From assembly GCF_020745735.1 (NCBI RefSeq), contig NC_083410.1, positions 45,730,117-45,794,116 on the forward strand: a stretch of DNA of 64,000 nt, given 5' to 3'. Both the position numbers and the translations under genes were made by a program. Position 1 is the first letter of the stretch; every line of letters starts with the position of its first letter. Under the pieces are notes generated by a model, which saw only the letters and a list, made by a program, of their open reading frames with translations, was not told where the DNA came from and ran no database searches. Source of the DNA: Hemiscyllium ocellatum. Lineage: Eukaryota. This document shows positions 41,327 through 52,860 of the stretch, in pieces.

Positions 41327-41647
41327 ACTTGATAGAGGTGTACAAGATGATTAGGGGTCTAGATAGGGTTGACCATGAGAACCTTTTTCCACGTGTGCAG
41401 TCAGCTATTAATTAAGGGTTGGTAGGTATAGGACAGATGTTAGGGGTAGATTCTTTACTCAGCGAGTCGTGAGTTCATGGAATACCCTGCCAGTGGCAGT
41501 GGTGGACTCTCCCTCTTTATGGGCATTTAAACGGGCATTGGGTAAGCATATGGAGGATAGTGGGCGAGTGTAGGCTCGGTGGGCTTGGATCGGCGCAACA
41601 TTAAGGGTCAAAGAGATGTACTGCGCTGTATTTGTCTATGTTTTATG
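41327..41647 (+). mobile_element. CR1 3' fragment inside the minisatellite, copy 2
   Basis: LIEVYKMIRGLDRVDHENLFPRV plus 3' UTR and tail; 321 bp. Confidence 0.92.
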
Positions 41648-44282
41648 ATACTCAGGTTTGGCCCTCACACCGTTCTGATACTCAGTTATTCCCATCACAC
41701 CTCAGCAATACTCGGGTTCCCCCCTCCCACTGCTCCAATACTCGGTATTCCCCCTCATACTCCTCCAATACTGGGGTTTCCCCGTCGCATGGCCCCAATC
41801 CTCAGGTTTCCCCCTCACACTGCCCCAATACTCAGGTATTCACACTCGCATCACACCAATACTCGGGTATTCCCCCTCAGCCCGCTCCAATACTCGGGTT
41901 TCCCCCTCAGAACGCTCCAATACTCGAGTATTCCCCCTCACACTGCTCCAGTACTCAGGTTTCCCCCTCACATCGCACCAATACTCAGGTATTCATCCTC
42001 AGCCCGCTCCAACACTCGGGTATTCCCCTTCACATCGCTTCAATACTCGGGTTTCCCCCTCACTCTGCTCCAGTACTCGGTTATTCCCATCACACTGCTC
42101 CAATACTCAGTATTCCCCATCACACCGTAGCAATACTCAGGTTTCCCTCTCACACCGTTCTAGTACTCCAGATTCCCCCTCACACTGCTCCAATACTCGG
42201 GTTTCCCCCTTACCCCGCTCCAATACTCAGGTATTCTCCCTCACACTGCTTCAATACTCTGTTATTCCCCTCACAATGATCCAATACTCGGGTATCCCCC
42301 TCACATTGCACCAATACTCAGATATTCCCCCTCACATCGCTCCAATACTCAATTTCCCACTCACACCACTCCAATACTCGGGTTTCCTCCTCATACCCCT
42401 CCAATACTCAGGTTTCTCCCTCACATCACCCCAATACTCGGGTTTCCCCCCAAACTGCACCAATACTCGGGTATTCTCCCTCACATCGCTCCAATACTTG
42501 GGTATTCTCCCTCACAACGCTCCAATACTCGGGTTTCCCCCTCACACAGCTCCAGTACTCGGGTATTCCCCCTCACACCGCTCCAGTACATGGGTATTCC
42601 CCCTCACAACGCTCCAATACTCGGGTTTCCCCCTCACACGGCTCCAGTACTCGGGTATGCTCACTCGCATCGCACCAATACTCGGGCATTCTCCCTCACA
42701 TTGCTCAAAGCACGGCATTCCCCCTCACACGGCTCCAGTACTCGGGTATTCCCCCTCACACCGCTCCAGTACATGGGTATTCCCCCTCACAACGCTCCAA
42801 TACTCGGGTTTCGCCCTCACACCACTCCAATACTCGGGTATTCCCCCTCACTCCGCTCCAATATTCGGTATTCCCCCTCACACCGCTTCTATTATTGGTT
42901 ATTCACCTCACAATGCTCCAATACGCGTGTTTCCTCTCCTTCACCCCACTCCAATATGCATATTTCCCCCTCACTCCGCTCCAATAATCGGGTTTCGCCC
43001 TCACACCACTCCGATACTCAGTTATTTCCCTCACAATGCTCCAATACATGGTTTTCCCCCTCAGACAACTCCAATACTTGGGTTACCCCCTTACACTGCT
43101 CCAAGACTTGGTTATTCCCCTCACAATGCTCTAATACTCAGGTTTCCCCCTCATCCCACCCCGATACACAGGTTTCGCCCTCACACCACTCTGATACTCG
43201 GTTATTCCCATCACACCGCTCCAATACTCAGTATTCCCCCTCATACCACAGCAATACTCAGGTTTCCCTTTCACACCGCTCCAGTACTCCGGATTCCCCC
43301 TCACACTGCTCCAATACTCGGCTTTCCCCCTTACCCCGCTCCAATACTCAGGTATTCTCCCTCACACCACTTCAATACTCTGTTATTCCCCTCACAATGC
43401 TCCAACACTTGGGTTTCCCCCTCACATCGCACCAATACTCGGGTATTCCCCCTCACATCGCTCCAATACTCAAGTTCCCACTCACACCGCTCCAATACTC
43501 GGGTTTCTCACTCACATCACCCCAATACTCGGGTTTCCCCCCACACTGTACCAATACTCAGGTATTTTCCCTCACATCGCTCCAATACTTGGGTATTCCC
43601 CCTCACATCGCTCCAATACTTGGGTTTCTCCCTCACACCACTCCAGTACTTGGGTTTCACCTCACATCGCACCAATACTCAGGTTTCCTCCTCCCACTGC
43701 TCCAATACTCGGTATTCTCCTTCACATTACTCCAATATTCGGGTTTCCCCCTCATACCACTCCAATACTCGGGTATTCCCCCTCACATCGCTCCAATACT
43801 TGGGTTTCCTCCTCACATCACTCCAATACTCAGGAATTCCCCCTCACACCGCTCCAGTACTCGGGTATTCTCCCTCACACTGACCCAATACTCGGGTATT
43901 AACACTCGCATCGCTCCAATACTCATGTTTCCCCCTCACACTGCCCCAATACTCGGGTATTAACACTCGTATCGCTCCAATACACATGTTTCCCCCTCAC
44001 ATCGCCCCAATACTCGGGTATCCCCCTCACACCTCTCCAATACTCTGGTATTCCCCTTCACAACGCTCCAGTACTCGGGTATTCCCCCTCACTCTGCTCC
44101 AATATTTGGGTTTCCCCCTCACACCGCTCCAATACGCGGGTTTCCCCCTCACTCCGCTCCAATAATCGGGTGTCACCCTCACACTGCTCCGATACTCAGT
44201 TATTTCCCTCACAATGCTCTAATACATGGGTTTCCCCCTCAGACCACTCCAATACTTAGGTTTCCCCCCTCACACCACCCCA

Positions 44283-44603
44283 ACTTGATAGAGGTGTACA
44301 AGATGATTAGGGGTCTAGATAGGGTTGACCACGAGAATCTTTTTCCACATGTGCAGTCAGCTATTAATTAAGGGTTGGTAGGTATAGGACAGATATTAGG
44401 GGTAGATTCTTTACTCGGCGAGTCATGAGTTCATGGAATGCCCTGCCAGTGGCAGTGGTGGACTCTCCCTCTTTATGGGCATTTAAACGGGCATTGGATA
44501 GGCATATGGAGGATAGTGGGCTAGTGTAGGTTAGATGGGCTTGGATCGGCGCAACATTGAGGGTCAAAGACATGTACTGCGCTGTATTTTTCTATGTTCT
44601 ATG
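44283..44603 (+). mobile_element. CR1 3' fragment inside the minisatellite, copy 3
   Basis: 321 bp, with the same junctions and the same internal deletion as copy 2. Confidence 0.92.
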
Positions 44604-47600
44604 ATACTCAGGTTTGGCCCTCACACCGTTCCGATACTCAGTTATTCCCATCACACCTCAGCAATACTCGGGTATTAACACTCACATCGCTCCAATACTC
44701 ATGTTTCCCCCTCACATCGCTTCAATACTCGGGTTTCCCCCTCACATCGCACCAATACTCAGGTATTCATCCTCAGCCCGCTCCAACACTCGGGTATTCC
44801 CCTTCACATCGCTTCAATACTCGGGTTTCCCCCTCACTCCTTCCAGTACTCAGTTATTCCCATCACACTGCTCCAATACTCAGTATTCCCCATCACACAG
44901 CAGCAATACTCAGGTTCCCCTCTCACACCGTTCCAGTACTCCGGATTCCACCTCACACTGATCCAATACTCAGGTTTCCCCCTTACCCTGCTCCAATACT
45001 CAGGTATTCTCCCTCACACCGCTTCAATACTCTGTTATTCCGCTCACAATGATCCAATACTCGGGTATCCCCCTCACATTGCACCAATACTCAGATATTC
45101 CCACTCACATCGCTCCAATACTCAATTTCCCACTCACACCACTCCAATACTCGGGTTTCCTCCTCATACCCCTCCAATACTCAGGTTTCTCCCTCAAATC
45201 ACCCCAATACTCGGGTTTCCCCCCACACTGCACCAATACTCGGGTATTCTCCCTCACATCGCTCCAATACTTGGGTATACTCCCTCACATCGCTCCAATA
45301 CTCGGGTTTCCCCCTCACACTGCTCCAGTACTCGGGTATTCTCACTCGCATCGCACCAATACTCAGGTATTCTCCCTCACATTGCTCACAGCATGGCATT
45401 CCCCCTCACACGGCTCCAGTACTCGGGTATTCCCCCTCACACCGCTCCAGTACATGGGTATTCCCCCTCAGACCGCTCCAGTACTCCGGTGTTCCCCCTC
45501 ACACCGCTCCAATACTCGGGTTTCTCTCTCACACCACTCTAGTACTTGGGTTTCGCCTCACATCGCACCAATACTCAGGTTTCCTCCTCCCATTGCTCCA
45601 ATACTCGGTATTCTCCTTCACATTACTCCAATATTCGGGTTTCCCCCTCATACCACTTCAATACTCGGGCTTCCCCCCCACATCGCGCCGATACTCGGGT
45701 ATTCCCCCTCACATCACTCCCATACTCAATTTCCCACTCACACCGCTCCAATACTCAGGTTTCCTCCTCATACCCCTCCAATACTCGGGTTTCCCCCTCA
45801 CATCGCCCCAATACTTGGGTTTCCACCTACACTGCCCCAATACTCGGGTTTCCCCCTCACATCGCCCCAATACTCGGGTTTCCACCTACACTGCCCCAAT
45901 ACTCGGGCTTCCCCCTCACACTGCACCAATACTCGGTATTCTCCCTCACACCACTCCAATACTCGGGTTTCCCCCTCACATCGCTACAATACTCGGGTTT
46001 CCCCCTCACATCACACCAATACTCGGGTTATCACTTCACACCACTCCAATACTCGGTATTCCCCCTCACATCGCTCCAATACTCCGGTATTCCCCCTCAT
46101 TTCACACCAATACTCGGGTTTCCCCCTCACACCGCTCCAATACTTGGGTATTCCCTGTCACACAGTCCCAATACTCAGTTATTCCCCCCCACACCGCTCC
46201 AATACTCTGGTTTCTCTATCATTCCGCTCCAATACTCCATTATTCCCCTCACAATGCTCCAATAATCGGGTTTCCCTCTCACACCACTCCAATACTCGGG
46301 TTTCCCCCACATCACTCCAATACTCCGGTTTCCCTATCATACCACTCTAATACTCTGTTATTCCCCTCACAACACTCCAATACTCAGGTTTCCCCCTCAC
46401 CCCACTCCAATACTTGGGTTTCTCCCTCACATCTAACCAATACTCGTGTTTCCTACTCGTACCCCTCCAATACTCGGATTTCCCCCTCACACCACTCCAA
46501 TACTCGGGTATTCCCCCCTCACACTGCTCCAATACTCAGGTTTCCCACTCATACCACCCCAATACTCGGGTTTCCCCCTCACATTGCTCCAACACTCGGG
46601 AAGTCCCCCTTAAGCCGCTCCAGTACTCGGGCTTCCCCCTCACATCGATCCAATACTCGGGTATTCCTCCTCATACCCCTCCAATACTCGGGTTTCCCCA
46701 TCACACCACTCCAATACTTGGGTTACCCCCTCACACCACACTAATACTTAGGTTACCCCCTCACATCGCTCCAATACTCGGGTATTCCCTCTCATATCGC
46801 TTCAATACTCGGACTTTCCCCTCACCCCGCTCCAGTACTTGGGTTTCCCCCTCACATCACACCAATACTCGGGTTTCCCCCTCACACCGCTGCAATACTC
46901 AGGTTTCCCCTCACACCGCTCCAATACTCGGTTATTCCCCCTCACACCACTCCAATACTCGGGTTTCCCCTCACATCGCACCGATACTCAGGTTTGCCCC
47001 TCCCACTGCTCCAATATTCGGTATTTTCCCTCACATTACTTCAATACTCGGTATTACCCCTCATACTGCTCCAACACTCAGGAATTCCCCCTTAAGCTGC
47101 TCCAGTACTCGGGTTTCCCCCTCACGTCGATCCAATACTCGGGTTTCCCACTCACATCGATCCAATACTCGGGTTTCCCCTCACATCACTCCAATACTCC
47201 GGTTTCCCTATCATACCACTCTAATACTCTGTTATTCCCCTCACAATGCTCCAATACTCAGGGTTTCCCCCTCACCCCACTCCAATACTCAGGTTTCCCC
47301 CTCACATCGATCCAATACTCGGGTTTCCCTCTCATCCCACTCCAATACTCGGGTTTCCCCCTCACATCACTCCAGTACTCGAATTTCCCTACCACACTGC
47401 TCCAATATCCGGAGATCCCCCTCACACCACTTCAGTACTCGGTTATTTCCCTCACACCGCTCCAATACTGCGGTTTCCCTATCATACGTTCCAATGTTTG
47501 GGTTTTCCCCTCACACCGCCCCAATACTCGGGTTACCCCCTCATATCGCCCCAATACTCATTTATTCCCCTCACAATGCTCCAATATGTGGGTTTCCCCC

Positions 47601-49982
47601 TCACATCGCTCCAATACTCATTTATTCCCCTCACAATGCTCCAATACATGGTTTTCCCCCTCAGACCACTCCAATACTCGGGCTACCCCCTTACACCGCT
47701 CCAAGACTTGGTTATTCCCCTCACAATGCTCCAATACTCAGGTTTACCCCTCACATCACCTCGATACTCAGGTTTCGCGCTCACATCGCTCCGATACTCG
47801 GTTATTCCCATCACACCGCAGCAAATCTCAGATTTCCCCTCACACTGTTCCAATACTCAGTATTCCCCCTCACACTGTTCCAATACTCAGAATTCCCCCT
47901 CACACTGCTCCAATACTCAGGTATTCTCCCTCACATCACTCCAATACTCGGGTTTCCCCCTCACATCGCTCCGATGCTGGGGTTTCCCCCCCACACCGCT
48001 CCAATACTCGTTATCCACCTCGCACCAGTCCGATACTTAGATTTTGCTCTCACACCACTCCAATACTCAGATTTCCCTCCCACACTACTTCATACTTGAG
48101 TTTCCCCCTCACACCACTCCAATACTGGGTACTGCCCCTCACACCGCTGCAATACTCAGTATTCCCTCTCATACCACTCCAGTACTCGGGTATTCCCCCT
48201 CACTCCGCTCCAATAATCGGGTTTCGCCCTTACACCGCTCTGATACTCAGTTATTTCCCTCACAATGCTCCAATACTCGTGTTCCCCCCCCCACACCACT
48301 CCACTATGCGGGTTTCCCCCTCACTCCGCTCCACTATGCGGGTTTCCCCCTCACATCGCTCCAATACTCATCTATTCCCCTCACAATGCTCCAATATGTG
48401 GGTTTCCCCCTCAGACCACTCCAATACTCGGGCTACCCCCTCACAACGCTCCAAAACTTGGTTATTCCCCTCACAATGCTCCAATACTCAGGTTTACCCC
48501 TCACACCACCCCAATACTCAGGTTTCGCCCTCACATCGCTCTGATACTCGGTTATTCCCATCACACCACTCCAATACTCAGTATACACCTCACACCGCTC
48601 CAATACTCAGCATCCCGCTCACACTGCTCCAATACTCAGTATTCCCCCTCACACCGCTCCAATACTCGGGTTTCCCCCTCACACCGCTCCAATACTTGGG
48701 TTTCCCCCTCACACCGCTCCAATACTCGGTATTCCCCCTCACACCACTCCAATACTCAGGTATCCCCCTCACACCACCCTAATACTCAGTATTCCCCCTC
48801 ACACCACTCCAGTAATCGATACTCCCCCTCACACCACTCCAATACTCAGTATTCCCCCTCACACCGCTCCAATACTCAGTATTGCCCCTCACACCACTCC
48901 AATACTCAGGTTTCCTCCTCACACCGCTCCAATACTCGGTATTCCCCCTGACATCGCTCCGATACTGGGGTTTCCCCCTCACACCGCTCCGATACTTAGA
49001 TTTCGCGCTCACACCGCTCTAATACTCAGGTTTCCCTCCCACACTGCTCCATACTTGAGTTTCCCCCTCGCACCATTGCAATACTTAGGGTTGCCTCTCA
49101 CACTGCTCCGATACTTGGGATCCCCTTCACACTGCTCCAATACTCATTTGTCCTCTTCACATTGCTCCAGTACTCAGGTTTCTGCCTCATGGTGCGCCAA
49201 TACTCAGCTTTCCCCCTCACATTGCTCCAATGCTCAGGTTTTACCCTCATGGCGCTCCATTACTTGGATTTACCCTCACACTTTTCTGGTATTCTAGTTT
49301 CCTCTCACACAGCTCCATCACTCACTTTTCCCCTCACACCATTCTGGTATTCGTGTTTCCCTCTCACACCATTCAGGTATTCGGGTTTCCCCATCACTGC
49401 GCTCCAATCTTTGGGTTTCCTTTCAGGTAGTTCCAGAGCACTCGGGTTTCCCTCTCACACTGCTCCGGTATTCGGGTTTTCTCTCATGCCGCCCCAGGAT
49501 CGTTGAGAGAAAAATTAGAAGAGGTTGAAAAAGAACAGGTGGAGCAGAGGAGCGCCAGCTGAAGCATCCTACACTGCTGCTGTCTTTGGCCACGTGAATA
49601 ATCCTCTCTGACAAAACAACTGGCACAATGAGGCAGCTGAATTAGTTTTACGTTTTTATATTACACTGTTGTGCTTATTTGATGTTTGGAAGGGTGAGAC
49701 ATTAATAGCATGAAAATGTTTTATGTTTTTTCTCAAGGGGCTAATAACCTTAAATTTCAGCCAATGGAAGTTTAATATTCAGTGACTGTTCTTCATATTA
49801 ACTCAGCATTTTGAATTTGAGATTGTAAAATTAGATTCAACTTTCCCCTTTCAAAACCTCCACATAAAATAGTGTGATCAGAAACTGTTTTTCTTAATTT
49901 CTGATCTTATGCTTCTTTTTTCTTCTACTAAGCTCATTCTAAATGTAAGATTATCAATAACATTTGCCATTTGAAGTTGATG

Positions 49983-50193
49983 GAGAAAGTGAGGTCTGCA
50001 GATACTGGAGATCAGAGCTGAAAATGTGTTGCTGGAAAAGCGCAGCAGGTCAGGCAGCATCCAAGGAGCAGGAGATTCGACGTTTTGGACATAAGCCCTT
50101 CATTCCTGAAGAAGGGCTTATGCCCGAAACGTCGAATCTCCTGTTCCTTGGATGCTGCCTGACCTGCTGCGCTTTTCCAACAACACATTTTTA
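49983..50193. mobile_element. Young Penelope-derived fold-back element
   Basis: Long near-perfect inverted repeat (aaaatgtgttgctggaaaagcgcagcaggtcaggcagcatccaagg / ccttggatgctgcctgacctgctgcgcttttccaacaacacatttt). It produces the mirror ORFs on both strands. Confidence 0.85.
50102..50137 (+). ncRNA. Minimal type I hammerhead ribozyme (Penelope type)
   Basis: ATTC-CTGAAGA-A-GGGC-TTAT-GCCC-GAAA-C-GTC-GAAT: stem I AUUC/GAAU, core CUGAnGA and GAAA, stem II GGGC/GCCC, palindromic ACGU stem III and a GUC cleavage triplet. Confidence 0.8.
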
Positions 50194-50340
50194 GCATTTG
50201 AATTTGATGTCAGGTAAAATTGCTTGAGAAATATATCATGTGATACGATAGCTCTAAGAATATTTGCAAGATTTTATAACACTCTTCCATGTCGTAGGGT
50301 TACTTTGATCTCTTAAAATGTGTTCGATATTTACTTCCAG

Positions 50341-50549
50341 GTGAGGGTTACTGCATGAATATGCAACAAAATCAAACTTCTATTTGAATTGGAGATTTGT
50401 GTTACAGGAGACAATCACACTTTAAAGGAGGTGACCAGATCTGTCGTGGAAATTCCCTTCATGATGACTTTAATCAACAGTGCTTTGGCAAGCAGCTAGT
50501 TCACACAGATCTTTTGTGCTGCAGCATCGAAGAGTAAGGGAACATGTAC
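50341..50549 (+). pseudogene. USH2A: USH2A exon, homolog of human exon 50; two stops, 3' end cut by a Rex1 insertion
   Basis: ttccag|GT GAG...: GEGYCMNMQQNQTSI*IGDLCYRRQSHFKGGDQICRGNSLHDDFNQQCFGKQLVHTDLLCCSIEE*GNMY, versus human GEVCCPDEQHNRVSVGIGDSCCGRMPYSTSGNQICCAGRLHDGHGQKCCGRQIVSNDLECCGGEEGVVY. TGA at 50385 and TAA at 50535, then a (GT)n tail. Confidence 0.88.
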
Positions 50550-52860
50550 GTGTGTGTGTGTGTGTGTGTGTCTTTTATTTGTCATTTCTACCATATACAA
50601 CTGACACAGTAAATACGAGACAGCATTCCTCCAGTACTGAGGGTGCTGTATGGACAGCACAATCATACACGACGTAAAGTGCATAAGAAGTGCAAAACAC
50701 ACAAATTACTGTGAAATAGCAAAATGGGAAATAATAGTCATTTTTCTAGCAGCAATACAGAAGAATTTCAGATGGGATAGAGTTCAAATATGCTGTGTTA
50801 AGGAGCCTGATAGCTTGGGGAAGAAACTGTTGCACAGTTTAGCCGTGAGAGACTAAATGCGCCGGTATCTTCTGCCAGATGGCAGGAGTGAGAAGAGTTC
50901 AAGTGAGGGGTGTATGGGGTCTTCCACAATGCTCTTAGCCTTTCGGATGCAGCGTGTGGTGTAAATGTCTGTAATGGAGGGGAGAGAGACCCCGATGATC
51001 TTCGAGGCTGTCCTCACTATCTGTTGTAGGGTCCTATGTTCAGAGATGGTGCAATTCCTGAACCAGGCAGTGATGCAGCTGCTCAGGGTACTCTCAATGA
51101 CCCCACTGTAGAATCTGGTGAGGATGTGGAGTGGGAGGTGGGCTTTCCTCAGCATGTGCAGAAAGTAGAGACACTGCTGGGCTTTCTTGGCAATGGAGCT
51201 GCTGTTGAGGGACCAGGTGAGATTCTTTGCCCAGTGGACACCAAGAAATTTGGTGCTCTTCAATATCTCCATGGGGGAGCCATTGATGTCCAGCGGAGAA
51301 TGGTTGCTCCGTGCCCTCTTGAAGTCACCAACTATCTCTTTTGTCATGTCCATGTTCAGAGACAGGTTTTTGATTAGATTAGACTAGACTTACAGTGTGG
51401 AAACAGGCCCTTCGGCCCAACAAGTCCACACCGACCCGCCGAAGCGAAACCCACCCATACCCCTACATTACCCCTTACCTAACACTACGGGCAATTTAGC
51501 ATGGCCAATTCACCTGACCCGCACATCTTTGGACTGTGGGAGGAAACCGGAGCACCCGGAGGAAACCCACGAGGTTGTTGGCTCTGCATCAGTCTGTTAA
51601 CTGCTGCAACTCCTGGACGCTGACTCGTTGTTCATGCTGATGAGACCTACCATAGCCGTGTCATCAGTGAACTTGATGATGAGATTCAACTTATGAATCG
51701 CTACACAGTCATGTGTCAGCAGGGTGAACAGCAGTGGATTGAGCACAGAGCCCGGCCCCCACACCCCCCTTACTATGGTGCAGCTCAGGGAGATGTTGAA
51801 GATGTCTGTGAGAACATCCACCAGTACGTCAGAGCATTCTCTCAGCACCCTGCCAGGGATGTTATCTGCTCCAGCAGCCTTACATGGGTTGATTCGGCAT
51901 AGAGTTCTCCTCATGTCAGCTGTGGTAAGACACAGCACCTGGTCATTGGGAGGGGGTGTGGCCTTCCTCGCTGCCACATCGTTTCGTGCCACAAACTGTG
52001 CATAAAAGTTGTTCAACTCATCCGGGAGGGAGACAACACCAGCAGAAGCAGGCGATACTGTCCTATGGTTGGTGCTGGCCTGGATGCTCTTCCACATGCT
52101 CTGCGTATCGCCGCTGACCTGAAAGGGGCTGTGTTTTCTCTGTGCGTGAGCACGCTTTGCCTCTGATGGCTTGGGTCAGGTTGGCCTTTGCTGTTGTTAG
52201 AGCCGCCTTGTCATCTGCTGTGAAGGTGGAATCCTGGATCCTCAGTAACGCACACTTTTGCAGGCATCCACAGCTTCTGAGTGGGGCGAGAAGCGATGGT
52301 CTTGGACACAGTGATGTCGTCGATGCACTAGCTCACGTAGCAAATCACTGACACCGTGTATTCCTCTAAGTTGCTGGAATTGCCATCCAGCCTCCCTGAA
52401 CATGTGCCAGTCAGTGCACTCAAAATAGGCTTGTAGAGCAGAAATGGCTCCTGCCGGCTAGGGTTTTCACCTACTTCAGAACTGGTTTGACACATCTGAC
52501 GAGCAGTCCAAATGCTGGAATTAGCATAACAGAGATGTGATCTGAGGAATCGAGGTGGTGCTGGGGCTGTTGGGATGTTTGTATAAACCAGATCCAGCAT
52601 GTTCTCCCCTCTTGTCGCAAAAGGGAGCACAGTCTTGAGATTTGCATGGTTGAAATCTCCAGCAACAATAAGCAGACCATCAGGATGTGCATTCTGCAGT
52701 TCACTAATAGCCACATACAATTCACAGAATACTTCCTTAGCATTAGCACTAGGAGGAATATACATCCCGACTATAAGGACAGCAGTGAATTCCCGTGGCA
52801 AATAAAATGGTCTGCATCTAACAGTCACACACTCCACCAGTGACTGGAGACTAGCACAGC
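50550..52860 (-). mobile_element. Rex1/Babar LINE, 5'-truncated and internally deleted
   Basis: VRCRPFYLPREFTAVLIVGMYIPPSANA...AGDFNHANLK (APE); [16 protein letters not shown]; [11 protein letters not shown]...[12 protein letters not shown]; KFLGVH...KKAQQCLYFL...LLPSGRRYR. (CA)n tail at 50550-50571. Confidence 0.92.
51372..51571 (-). mobile_element. HE1/V-SINE 3' part nested in Rex1
   Basis: (AATCT)n-like tail and CpG-rich V-domain. Candidate TSD AGGTT at 51364-51368 and 51572-51576. Confidence 0.9.

Larger units (their letters stand above)
36140..49500. repeat. Minisatellite of about 400 units of 30/31 bp, consensus CTCCAATACTCGGGT(A)TTCCCCCTCACACCG, with higher-order duplications
   Basis: Directly visible tandem periodicity and strong C-rich/G-rich strand asymmetry. 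The last ~450 bp are more degenerate. Confidence 0.98.

Noticed and set aside
36140-49500. CRISPR-like array (about 30-bp repeats)
   Set aside because: Units are head-to-tail with no unique spacers, there are no cas genes, and the context is vertebrate.
36121-49506. Dozens of long ORFs (up to 647 aa), some with YSPS motifs reminiscent of the RNA polymerase II CTD or extensins
   Set aside because: They overlap in all three frames and are translations of a stop-free 30/31-bp repeat. Unit-length variation shifts frame freely, so there is no sign of coding constraint.
49878-50197. Near-identical small ORFs on both strands (MCCWKSAAGQAASKEQE...), also at 55866-56260
   Set aside because: They are a by-product of the inverted-repeat Penelope fragment, not genes.
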